The notes below the pieces were generated by a model, which worked only from the letters and a program-made list of their open reading frames with translations, made no database searches and was not told the origin of the DNA. The translations under genes and the position numbers were made by a program. This document shows, in pieces, positions 1-7,961 of a stretch of DNA of 33,044 bases. The stretch is from Dehalococcoidia bacterium. Lineage in GTDB: Bacteria > Chloroflexota > Dehalococcoidia > DSTF01 > JACRBR01. Within the stretch, counting starts at the first letter, position 1; each line of letters opens with the position of its first letter. The stretch is taken from contig JBGQBE010000038.1 of NCBI GenBank assembly GCA_041494685.1, forward strand, positions 1-33,044, in the 5' to 3' direction.

Positions 1-54
1 GCGGCTAGATCCACGCGCCCGGATATGTAATCGTTCGCGAGCGCGACGAGTTCA

Positions 55-408
55 GTGGCGAGCGTCATGGCCGCATCCTCCCCGGAACCGACCCATGAAG
101 TCGATTCGACTACGCTGCGTGCGTTGTTCCGCGCCGCGCGAATCGAAGATCGCCTGGCGTCGGGCGAGCTGACGATCGTCGTCAAGCGCGGCACGGAGCG
201 ACCCGCTCCCGCACGCATCGGCGAACCGCGAGGCACGGTCAGCCATGTCGTAGTGTATCTCGACGGTCAAGGGCGTGCCCAGGCCATCGCGCACGAATAC
301 CTGCGCCCGGACGGCTCGATCGGCGCGGGCGGGCAGCGCGATCCGAAATGGCTGCGGTACGAGGGGGCTGTCTGGCAGCTACAGAGACCGCGCGCGGCCA
401 CGGAGTAG
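55..408 (+). CDS. Hypothetical protein (ATG at 67 is an alternative start)
   Basis: 117-aa ORF with normal composition, convergent with the vWA gene; motif-like segment HEYLRPDGSIGAGGQRDPK. Confidence 0.6.
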   Translation: MASVMAASSPEPTHEVDSTTLRALFRAARIEDRLASGELTIVVKRGTERPAPARIGEPRGTVSHVVVYLDGQGRAQAIAHEYLRPDGSIGAGGQRDPKWLRYEGAVWQLQRPRAATE

Positions 409-414
409 TAGCCC

Positions 415-3400
415 CTACTCCGTGAGGCGGCGGTAGAGGGTGGGGAGGCGCTGGGGGAGCTGCTCGATGTCGGCGACGACTTCGTAGCCCATGTCCTCGC
501 ACATCTGGCCCAGGTAGTCGTGGCCTTCTTTGTCGACCGTGAGCGCGAACGGCGTGATGCCCTTGCGACGCGCTTCGAGCAGCGCCTGCTTGGTGTCGTG
601 GATCGCGTATTCCTTCTCGGTGCGGTCGCGGCCGTAGCCGTGGTCCTGCGGCCGGCCGTCTGAGACGAGGATGAGGATCTTCACCTTGGCGTCGTAGGCG
701 TCGAGCTTGGCGGTGGCGTGGCGGATCGCCGGACCCATGCGGGTGGAGCGGATCGGCGCGATCTTGTCGATGCGCTTCTTCACCTTGTCGCTGAACTGCT
801 CCATCAGGTCCTTGATGACGTAGAACTCGACGTTGTCGCGGCCGTAGCCGCTGAAGCCGTAGATGCCGTAGCTGTCGCCGATGGTCTCCAGCGCCTTGAT
901 GAAGAGCACCGTGCTCTCCTTCTCCAGGTCGATGATCCGCTTGGGCGGCGTCATCGCCTGGGAGGCGCGGCGCTGCGCCAGCCACTGGAAGTACTTGCGC
1001 GGGTCGTCGTCGAAGTCATCATCGTCGGCGGTCTTGTGCTTTCGCTTTTCGATCTCCTCGTCGGTGGAGGCGCTCATGTCGAGCAGGAAGGCGACGGCGA
1101 CGTCGCGCTCGACCTTGTTGCGGCGCCAGTAGATCTTATCGGTGAAGGCGTGGCCGGCCTTGCGCTCGATGGCGTAGTCGATGACGGCGTCGAGGTCGAA
1201 CTCCTCGCCGTCGAGCAGGCGCTTGATCTTGCGGAACATCTCCGGCTTCAGCAGCTCGAACTGCTTGCGCGTCTCGTTGACGAGGGCGGCGTGCTCGCGC
1301 AGCGTGTCGTCGAAGAACGCGTCGGTGCCCTCTTCGAGCAGGCGCTCCTGCACGCGGCACCAGCCGGGCTTGTAGTCGGCGGCGCGGAAGTCCCACTCGT
1401 CGTAGTAGAACGACTTCACCTCGACGGGCAGCTCCTGCTCCTCCCCGCCCTCTTCCGGGCCGGGCTCGCCCGGCTTCTGCTCGCCCTGCTTCTGGTCACC
1501 GATGGGCGTGCCGAACTCCTTCTCAAGGCCCGAGAGGAAGAGGCCGAGCGTGGAGGCGAGGTCGCCCTCCGCCATCGCGCCGACGGTGATCTCGACGCTC
1601 TTCTCGAGCATCTCCTTGAGCTGTTCCGCCGTGAGCGGCGAGAGCGCGCCGTCCTGGCCGACCTCGCCCTCCTTCAGCCGCATCCGCATCAGCAACTGCA
1701 CGAGCTCGGGCTTGAAGTCGCCGCGGAAGTCGACCTGCTCGGGGCTCTCGTACTCCGTCTCGGTGCCGCCGGGCATGGGCGCGTCGCCGCTCTTCCCCTC
1801 GCCGCCGGCGGACATCATCATCTCGAGCGCGTCCTCGCCGAGCGTCTCCCAGTCCATCTCTTCGAGATCGCCGGGCGGGACGTTCGGCACGCGCGCGGCG
1901 ATCTCGTAGAGCGCGAGCGTCGTCTCGGCGGTGTCCTCGACGACGGCGCCCCTCTGCTGCACGCGGAGCAGGGCCTGGATCGCGTCGGTGAGGACGGGCT
2001 GCAGCGGGCGCGGCCAGATCATCGTGTGCGCGCCGTCGAGGCTGGCGCGGATCAGGTTCTCGACCAGCGCCTGGCGCAGCGGCATCTCGTTGGGCAGGCG
2101 GCGCATCTCCAGCTCGTTCTCCTGCGTGCGCTGCCAGGCGCGGCGGATGCCGCCGTACTCGCGGCGGACGAGCGTGTCGATGCGGGTGTCCTCGGCGACG
2201 GCGAAGATGTCGGAGGCGAGCAGGCGGTCGTCGAAGAGATCGAAGAAGCGCTCCATGTCGGTGAGGTAGCCGCGCTCGCGGACCTGCTGGGCGCCGCTGG
2301 CGAGGCGCTCGCGCTCGACGTCGTGGCGGCGCGTCGGCAGGACGCCGCCGTCGCGGACGAAGCGGAAGAAGAAGCTGCCGAACTCCAGGTGCGCGGCCTG
2401 GTGGGTCGCGAAGACCTTGTAGACGGAGAAGTTCTGGTCGCGCTCGACGTACTCCTCGACGAACTCCGGCAGGTAGACGGTGGTGCCCTCGGTGCTGGGG
2501 CGGTCCTCGCTGACCCAGCCGATGCCCTTCTCGGCGAGATAGGAGACGGGGTGGATGCTGACGTTGGTGCCGGTGAGCGCCTTGCAGTAGAGGCGCAGCA
2601 CCTCGCCGACGCGCGAGAGATCGACGCGCGACGAGAGCTGCTGCAGCACCTCTTCGCCCTTGCCGGACTCAAGGCGGAAGTAGGCTTCGCCGCCCTCGAC
2701 ACTGTGCTCGAGGATCTTGTGGCCGGCGGCGTGCCAGTTCGCCAGCTCGGCGATGCGGATGCGCTTCAGCACTTCCGGTGAGCTCTTCAGGAACTCCATC
2801 GCGGCGTGGGGCGAGGCGGCGCTCAGCTCCTCCGCCATCGAGAGCAGGTCGTGGTGGCTGTCCTTGTTGACGCCGGCGAGCGCGCTGGCGCCCTCGGAGA
2901 AGAGGGCGTAGGCGTGGCGGCCGCTGCGCTTCGCGACGCGGGCGGCGAGCGCCAGGAAGCGGCTGCGCGCGCTCGGCTCGATCGGGGCGAGCAGGGCGGG
3001 CGAGCGCTCGAAGCAGATGCGGACGTCGGCCCACGAGGCTTCGCCGACGGCGGCCGCGAGGGTCAGGAACGGCGCACGGTCAGCCTTCGCCAGCGATGCG
3101 AAGAGCGCGGGCGAGGCGTCGAGGCAGGCGGTGGCCAGCTCGTACGAGCGCTCGGCGACGGCCTCGATCAGTGCGACGAGGCGCGCGAGCTCGCCGAGCG
3201 TGAGCGAGGGCAGCATGCCGGGGCTGGCGCCGAAGTAGACGCCGGCGAGCGAGATCGACTTCCAGTGTCCCTTGTACAGGCGCTGGCCGAGGGAGGCCCA
3301 CTCGACGACCTGGTCGGCGTCGAGGAACTTCATGCTCTGCGGGCTGGCCTTGAAGTAGGCGGCGGCGACGACGGAAGAGTACTCGGCCAGGGTGCGGCCG

Positions 3401-3663
3401 GCGTGCGCCCAGCGTCGGAAGCCGGCGGACGGCAGGATGCGGAGCACCTCCGGCGAGACGCGGAAGTAGTCGACGGCGGCCTCCCACGACCGGAGCGAGT
3501 GCGAGGCGAGCTCGACGCCCTCCTCGGCCCAGGTACGGAAGTCGGACTCGCCGAGGATCGGCAGCAGCTCACCGGAGGCGTGTCGATACTCGGCCGCCAG
3601 CGTCGGCGAGTGCGCTTCGAGCTTGCGCTCTACCTCATTGAGGAACTGTTGGTCGATGGCCAC
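415..3663 (-). CDS. NorD/CbbO-like von Willebrand factor A domain protein with N-terminal helical repeats
   Basis: 1082 aa; C-terminal vWA with MIDAS LLDMSAST, TRMGPAIRHA and LVSDGRPQD; NorD-type YDEWDFR and GEEFDLDAVI segments. Confidence 0.88.
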   Translation of the reverse strand: MAIDQQFLNEVERKLEAHSPTLAAEYRHASGELLPILGESDFRTWAEEGVELASHSLRSWEAAVDYFRVSPEVLRILPSAGFRRWAHAGRTLAEYSSVVAAAYFKASPQSMKFLDADQVVEWASLGQRLYKGHWKSISLAGVYFGASPGMLPSLTLGELARLVALIEAVAERSYELATACLDASPALFASLAKADRAPFLTLAAAVGEASWADVRICFERSPALLAPIEPSARSRFLALAARVAKRSGRHAYALFSEGASALAGVNKDSHHDLLSMAEELSAASPHAAMEFLKSSPEVLKRIRIAELANWHAAGHKILEHSVEGGEAYFRLESGKGEEVLQQLSSRVDLSRVGEVLRLYCKALTGTNVSIHPVSYLAEKGIGWVSEDRPSTEGTTVYLPEFVEEYVERDQNFSVYKVFATHQAAHLEFGSFFFRFVRDGGVLPTRRHDVERERLASGAQQVRERGYLTDMERFFDLFDDRLLASDIFAVAEDTRIDTLVRREYGGIRRAWQRTQENELEMRRLPNEMPLRQALVENLIRASLDGAHTMIWPRPLQPVLTDAIQALLRVQQRGAVVEDTAETTLALYEIAARVPNVPPGDLEEMDWETLGEDALEMMMSAGGEGKSGDAPMPGGTETEYESPEQVDFRGDFKPELVQLLMRMRLKEGEVGQDGALSPLTAEQLKEMLEKSVEITVGAMAEGDLASTLGLFLSGLEKEFGTPIGDQKQGEQKPGEPGPEEGGEEQELPVEVKSFYYDEWDFRAADYKPGWCRVQERLLEEGTDAFFDDTLREHAALVNETRKQFELLKPEMFRKIKRLLDGEEFDLDAVIDYAIERKAGHAFTDKIYWRRNKVERDVAVAFLLDMSASTDEEIEKRKHKTADDDDFDDDPRKYFQWLAQRRASQAMTPPKRIIDLEKESTVLFIKALETIGDSYGIYGFSGYGRDNVEFYVIKDLMEQFSDKVKKRIDKIAPIRSTRMGPAIRHATAKLDAYDAKVKILILVSDGRPQDHGYGRDRTEKEYAIHDTKQALLEARRKGITPFALTVDKEGHDYLGQMCEDMGYEVVADIEQLPQRLPTLYRRLTE

Positions 3664-3668
3664 GAGAA

Positions 3669-3674
3669 AGTATA
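3669..3674 (-). promoter_or_regulatory. -10 box TATACT, probable leaderless transcript of the vWA gene
   Basis: TATACT 5 nt upstream of the GTG start at 3663; no SD sequence. Confidence 0.6.
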
Positions 3675-3708
3675 GCGAGGGGTCGCGAATGAGGGGAGTG
3701 AGCGGGGG

Positions 3709-4090
3709 CTAAGGAGGGGCGGCGCGTGGCAGGAAGTCATCCAGAATCAACAGAGCGTCCCTCAGGCCGCCCTCCGGGATGCCTGTCGGCGATGCGCGCC
3801 AGCCCATCCGCCGCGAGACCGAGTTCACCGATCCGATACTGGCGATATGAGACGATGATGCCGCCGTGGTGGTGCCCGGCGAGCAACGCGCGCCTGTGCA
3901 GCACGATGAAGTCGCGGAAGTTGTAGGTCACGATCGCCCGGTTGTCCCGCGAGGCCCGGTCGAGCTGTTCGTCGTCCGGCAGGCCGCCCGCGCCGGCTTC
4001 GCGCGCGCTCACGGCGTCGAAGCCACGCGCGCGCAGGACTCGTGCGAGCGCGTCGCTGGTGTCCTCGTCGATGTAGAAGCGCGCGGTCAC
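3709..4090 (-). CDS. DUF5615 PIN-like toxin (VapC45-like), probable +1 frameshift near the 3' end
   Basis: RFYIDED...GLPDDEQL...IVTYNFRDF...HGGII motifs; GTGA overlap with DUF433 gene; ORF as read stops at 3737, removing one G at 3770-3772 gives the ending GGLRDALLILDDFLPRAAPP* at 3709. Confidence 0.8.
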
Positions 4091-4401
4091 AGGTCGTTGA
4101 AGATGACCCGACCGTCCCTGACGGTGAAGTTGTGCTTCTCCGCGAGCTTCTCGAGCGTCGATCCGGCGATCTCCGCGTCGATCTCCTGCTGGTGGTCGAA
4201 GTAGTAGCTGATGGCGTCGTACACGCCGGCGCGGGTGAGGTGCGGGTACGTCTCCATGATCTCGTCGGCGTCGCAGCCCGAGTTGACGAAGCGCGCGACG
4301 AAATCAACGCCGATGCGCGTGCCGGCGATGACCGGGCGTCCGCCGCAGACGCCGGGAACGCGGACGATGTGGGGGTGCTCGGTCTTGATCTCCGTCGCCA
4401 T
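4087..4401 (-). CDS. DUF433 domain antitoxin
   Basis: HIVRVPGVCGGRPVIAGTRIGV...YPHLTRAGVYDAISYY signature; GAGGT SD before ATG 4401; TACAAT upstream. Confidence 0.9.
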   Translation of the reverse strand: MATEIKTEHPHIVRVPGVCGGRPVIAGTRIGVDFVARFVNSGCDADEIMETYPHLTRAGVYDAISYYFDHQQEIDAEIAGSTLEKLAEKHNFTVRDGRVIFNDL

Positions 4402-4459
4402 GGCGATACCTCGCACTCATTGTACGGGCGGCGGCGGAGCGCCTCCAAGCGTGGCTTCG

Positions 4460-4717
4460 CTAGAGGCCGGGCGGGCGGTGGCGGCGCTGGTCCCAGCGGG
4501 CGAAGAGGTGGACCGCCAGGGCCGTGACGGCGATGGGGACCAGCGCGAGCGGCGGCCACGTGGTGAAGAGGTAGAAGATGACGGCGACGTCTATCATGAC
4601 GGCGAAGAGTGCGGCGATGGGCCAAAAGAGGACGCCGAAGACGGCGCGGGTGATCAGCAGCGCGTCCAGGCAGCCGGGCGGCGACTCTTCGGTGGGCGGG
4701 CGTTGATCGTAGTACAC
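4460..4717 (-). CDS. Small membrane protein (85 aa, leaderless GTG start)
   Basis: Two hydrophobic stretches; TACACT at 4724-4729, 6 nt before GTG; only the 3' part of track ORF 4460..5302 looks real. Confidence 0.7.
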   Translation of the reverse strand: MYYDQRPPTEESPPGCLDALLITRAVFGVLFWPIAALFAVMIDVAVIFYLFTTWPPLALVPIAVTALAVHLFARWDQRRHRPPGL

Positions 4718-4768
4718 GGGGTCAGTGTACGGCGGGCCCCGCAGCGGTGACAGCGGGAGGGACGAGCG

Positions 4769-5335
4769 ATGGTGGACCGGCAGGCGGCGTGGGAGTTGCT
4801 GTGCGAATACACGCAGACGGACGCGCTGCGGAAGCACGGGCTGGCGGTCGAGGCGGTGATGCGTCACTTCGCGCGGAAGCACGGCGGGGACGAGGAGCTG
4901 TGGGGCGTCACGGGGCTGCTGCACGACTTCGACTACGAGCGCTGGCCGACGCTGGAAGGGCACCCCTTCGAGGGCAACAAGATCCTGATGGAGCGCGGCT
5001 ATCCGGAGGAACTGCGCACGGCGATCATGGGCCACGGCGAGCACACCGGCGTGGCGCGCGAGACGCTGATGGCGAAGATGCTGTTTTCGGTCGACGAGCT
5101 GACGGGCTTCGTGACGGCGGTGGCGCTGGTGCGGCCGAACAAGAGCATCTTCGAGGTGGAGCCGCCGTCGGTGCGGAAGAAGCTGAAGGACAAGGCGTTC
5201 GCGCGGCAGGTGAGCCGGGACGACATCGTCAACGGAGCGGCGCAGCTGGGCGTCGAACTGGACGCGCACGTCGCGGAGGTGATCGCAGCGCTGCGGGAGC
5301 ACGCGGACGTGCTGGGGCTGCGCGGGACGGCGTAA
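4769..5335 (+). CDS. HD (HDIG) domain phosphohydrolase
   Basis: KHGLAVEAVM...GLLHDFDYE...GH...VDELTG motifs; GGGAGG SD. Confidence 0.9.
   Translation: MVDRQAAWELLCEYTQTDALRKHGLAVEAVMRHFARKHGGDEELWGVTGLLHDFDYERWPTLEGHPFEGNKILMERGYPEELRTAIMGHGEHTGVARETLMAKMLFSVDELTGFVTAVALVRPNKSIFEVEPPSVRKKLKDKAFARQVSRDDIVNGAAQLGVELDAHVAEVIAALREHADVLGLRGTA
5250..5335 (+). repeat. 86-bp direct repeat, copy 1 (3' end of HD gene)
   Basis: 82/86 identical to 6597-6682. Confidence 0.95.
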
Positions 5336-5348
5336 GGGCGGCTGCGGC

Positions 5349-5372
5349 GGGCGCAGCAGGCTGCGCCCCTAC
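5349..5372 (-). repeat. GTAG-family REP-like palindrome, copy 1
   Basis: Minus strand GTAG-GGGCGCAGC-CT-GCTGCGCCC. Confidence 0.8.
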
Positions 5373-5446
5373 CGCTCGCCGCGACGGCGCGAGCGGCGAC
5401 ACCTGTGCCTCGCGGGTAGTGTGTACCGATGTATCGGTGTTCGCGC

Positions 5447-5833
5447 TTACTCGGCGTTGGTTGGCTGATTCATCATGTCGCCGACAAGCGCGTATCGCAG
5501 CACGTCGCCGGGCGTCTGATGCACGACCGCGGTGACAGACGCTAAGGTGATGAAGTCCAGGGCTGGCGCGGGCTCGACGCCGGTGCCGCGTTGGACGATT
5601 GCCAAGTCGATGACCGGAAAGACGCGCAGATCGGTTGGGCGCGTCGCTTCGATTGAAGGATCGGCGACTTGTTCCAGCAGTGCGGCCGCATCTTGGCCGA
5701 ACACACGCTCACCGCACTCATCGCACACGAGGGCATCAATATTCTGGACCAAGATCCAGCGCTCGCCGCGCTTTACCCAGGCTTCTACCAGCTGATTCTC
5801 AAGGGTACCAATGTGGCACACTGAACAGTTCAT
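5447..5833 (-). CDS. YgiT-type zinc finger protein (MqsA-like antitoxin) with C-terminal extension
   Basis: MNCSVC...NIDALVCDECGE with two CxxC motifs; ATGA overlap with upstream DUF4258 gene. Confidence 0.8.
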   Translation of the reverse strand: MNCSVCHIGTLENQLVEAWVKRGERWILVQNIDALVCDECGERVFGQDAAALLEQVADPSIEATRPTDLRVFPVIDLAIVQRGTGVEPAPALDFITLASVTAVVHQTPGDVLRYALVGDMMNQPTNAE

Positions 5834-6198
5834 GACATCTCTCCCGGAGGACTTGGCCGACGGCGGGTCTTCAGGTCGGGTTCCCATCTGCTCTTAGGAT
5901 CGGCACTTGGATCATACACCGTGATGATGTACAGGGGATTTCCTAGACTTGTTCGGACGTGTAAAGTTCGCCCATCTTGACAGTGCCCCAGAAGCGTACA
6001 GCACTCCCCGTAGGGGTCGTCCGGATATCGTTCAAACACTTCAGCAGATGCCGAAAAGACGGCCTCCCGGATTGCCGAAAGCTTGATCGAACGCTGGCGA
6101 AGCCGCACCAAGAAGTGCTCGCGGTACACAGCGTCCGCGAAGCCAGAACGTATGTGCGCAACATAGCGCGGGCTGTCCTCTGGGCTAACCAATTCCAC
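5830..6198 (-). CDS. DUF4258 domain protein (putative RelE-like toxin)
   Basis: HFLVRLRQRSI...ERYPDDPYGECCTLLG...LHV...IITVYDP...W..DLKTRR; AGGAGG upstream; start position uncertain. Confidence 0.8.
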   Translation of the reverse strand: MELVSPEDSPRYVAHIRSGFADAVYREHFLVRLRQRSIKLSAIREAVFSASAEVFERYPDDPYGECCTLLGHCQDGRTLHVRTSLGNPLYIITVYDPSADPKSRWEPDLKTRRRPSPPGEMS

Positions 6199-6214
6199 AA
6201 CGGACCTAGTCCTC

Positions 6215-6499
6215 CTACCAGTCGTCTTGAGACAGCCCCATCTGTTGAAGAACATTGCGGGGTAGCGGGATAGTCTCGCCGAGATGCTCGAGTTCGTACT
6301 GTTTGAGGTTCTTGCGGAGCACCATCGCCAAGATCTTCGCGTGCTCCAGACTCATCCGTACCACGGCCCGTTTCTCCATGATGATCGGACCAGGGCCACC
6401 CGCGGTGCTCGGGACGACCCCGAACACGAGCGCGAGTCCATAGGCTGACTGGTTCATCTGGAACTGATCGGCGTACACATCCGGAACTTCGTCAGGCAC
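6215..6499 (-). CDS. DUF3467-like protein
   Basis: PDVYADQF...LVFG...VRMSLEHAKILAMVLRKNLKQYE pattern; GGAGGT SD before GTG; TATAAT at 6545-6550. Confidence 0.7.
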   Translation of the reverse strand: MPDEVPDVYADQFQMNQSAYGLALVFGVVPSTAGGPGPIIMEKRAVVRMSLEHAKILAMVLRKNLKQYELEHLGETIPLPRNVLQQMGLSQDDW

Positions 6500-6596
6500 G
6501 GCAACCTCCAAAGACATTAGAGTCGCTTGATCCAAGACGATGCAATTATAACCCCTTCGCTTCTTGCGTGTGGATGATGGATTGCCGCTGGTCACT

Positions 6597-6682
6597 GCGT
6601 CGAGCTGGACGCGCACGTCGCGGAGGTGATCGCAGCGCTGCGGGAACACGCGGACGTGCTGGGGCTGCGCGGGACTGCGTGA
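6597..6682 (+). repeat. 86-bp direct repeat, copy 2 (displaced HD gene 3' end)
   Basis: Encodes the same VELDAHVAEVIAALREHADVLGLRGTA* peptide with no start codon for the unit. Confidence 0.95.
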
Positions 6683-6701
6683 TCGCGGCTCAGCGGCGGC
6701 A

Positions 6702-6724
6702 GGCGCAGCAGGCTGCGCCCCTAC
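6702..6724 (-). repeat. GTAG-family REP-like palindrome, copy 2
   Basis: ggcgcagcaggctgcgcccctac, identical over 23 bp to copy 1. Confidence 0.8.
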
Positions 6725-6815
6725 CCCAGCCCCCCTCCGGGGCGGTGCGCGTCTGGCTGCGTGGCTGTGCCGGGTGGGTAGTGTAATTCTCCGGCCCCCC
6801 TGTTACGCTGTCTCC

Positions 6816-7148
6816 ATGAGACAACGAGGGCGGCCGCCGCACCCGGACATCCTGACGCCGCGCCAGTGGCAGGTGCTGGAGCTGCTGCGGGAGGGGCTGA
6901 CGAACGAGCAGATCGCGGGGCGCCTGGGCATCAGCGTGGACGGCGCGAAGTTCCACGTGTCCGAGATCCTCGGCAAGCTGGGCGTCGGCTGCCGCGACGA
7001 GGCTGCGCAGTGGCAGCGCGAACAGCAGCCGGCCGCGCCGAGCGCGTCGTTGGCGCACGGGCGGCGGCGTACGCGTCGGATGGGCGCGCGGCGCGTGGGA
7101 CGCGGGCATCGCATCGCGTGCCGGCGGGAGCTAAGGATCGCGGCGTAG
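6816..7148 (+). CDS. LuxR-type HTH regulator, possibly truncated
   Basis: [53 protein letters not shown]-t-TACGCT extended -10 box 6 nt before ATG; C-terminal tail is Arg-rich and looks non-coding. Confidence 0.8.
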   Translation: MRQRGRPPHPDILTPRQWQVLELLREGLTNEQIAGRLGISVDGAKFHVSEILGKLGVGCRDEAAQWQREQQPAAPSASLAHGRRRTRRMGARRVGRGHRIACRRELRIAA

Positions 7149-7173
7149 CGGCGCCGTGGCAGAGGAGGCGAAG

Positions 7174-7797
7174 ATGATCATCCCTTCCGTCATCGAGACG
7201 AGCCCACGCGGTGAGCGCGCGTTCGACATCTACTCGCTGCTGCTGCGGGAGCGGATCATCTTCCTGGGGTCGGCGATCGACGACCAGGTGGCGAACGTGA
7301 TCGCGGCGCAGCTGCTGTACCTGGAGCGCGAGGACCCCGAGAAGGACATCAACATCTACGTGCACTCGCCGGGCGGGTCGATCACGGCGGGGCTGCTGAT
7401 CTACGACACGATGCAGCTCGTGCGGCCGGACATCGCGACCTATGCCGTGGGGATGACGGCGAGCATGGGCACGGTGCTGCTGTGCTCGGGCACGCCGGGC
7501 AAGCGCTACTGCATGCCGAACGCGACGATCCACATGCACCAGGCGCTGCTGGGCGGCGGCGGCATCACGGGGCAGGCGACGGATATCGAGATCCAGGCGC
7601 GGGAGATCCTGCGCGAGAACGCGATCCTGCGGGGCATCCTGGCGAAGCACACGGGGCAGGACGAGGAGAAGATCCGCCACGACTTCGACCGGGACTTCTT
7701 CCTGAACCCGGAGCAGGCGAAGGCGTACGGGCTGGTGGACGAGATCCTGGTGAAGCGGGAGCCAGAGCAGCGGGCGAAGGCGGATCTCAAGCGCTGA
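7174..7797 (+). CDS. clpP: ATP-dependent Clp protease proteolytic subunit
   Basis: [24 protein letters not shown], catalytic ASMG (Ser), MHQ (His) and DRDFF (Asp); GAGGAGG SD. Confidence 0.96.
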   Translation: MIIPSVIETSPRGERAFDIYSLLLRERIIFLGSAIDDQVANVIAAQLLYLEREDPEKDINIYVHSPGGSITAGLLIYDTMQLVRPDIATYAVGMTASMGTVLLCSGTPGKRYCMPNATIHMHQALLGGGGITGQATDIEIQAREILRENAILRGILAKHTGQDEEKIRHDFDRDFFLNPEQAKAYGLVDEILVKREPEQRAKADLKR

Positions 7798-7809
7798 CGC
7801 GCTGGCGCA

Positions 7810-7869
7810 AAACCTAGAACTTAGAACCAAGAATCTACCGAGAATCAAGAACTTAGAACCAAGAACCTA
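7810..7869 (+). repeat. Tandem heptamer repeats (AGAACYW-like)
   Basis: agaactt/agaacca/agaatct/agaatca/agaacct units; 24 bp identical to 11795-11818. Confidence 0.85.
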
Positions 7870-7899
7870 AAGGGCTCGCCGGTGGCGGGCCTTTGGTTT
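7870..7899 (+). terminator. Probable intrinsic terminator after clpP
   Basis: Hairpin ggctcgcc-ggt-ggcgggcc followed by tttggttt. Confidence 0.65.
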
Positions 7900-7911
7900 G
7901 GGTGTGGCGGT

Positions 7912-7936
7912 GCACAGCCGGGGACGGCTGTGCCAC
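7912..7936 (-). repeat. GTGG-type REP-like palindrome
   Basis: Minus strand GTG-GCACAGCCG-TCCC-CGGCTGTGC; gtgccacatcag occurs at both 7930-7941 and 7944-7955. Confidence 0.6.
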
Positions 7937-7961
7937 ATCAGTGGTGCCACATCAGATCGCG

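Noticed and set aside
718..2781. 687-aa plus-strand ORF
   Set aside because: Antisense shadow of the vWA gene, typical of high-GC DNA; same for 7893..9515, 10304..11797, 12616..14337 and 13425..15269
5250..6682. Diversity-generating retroelement TR/VR pair (gene 3' end plus nearby near-identical copy)
   Set aside because: Mismatches are not adenine-specific in either copy or strand (a/g, g/a, g/t, a/g), all are silent, and there is no RT in the window
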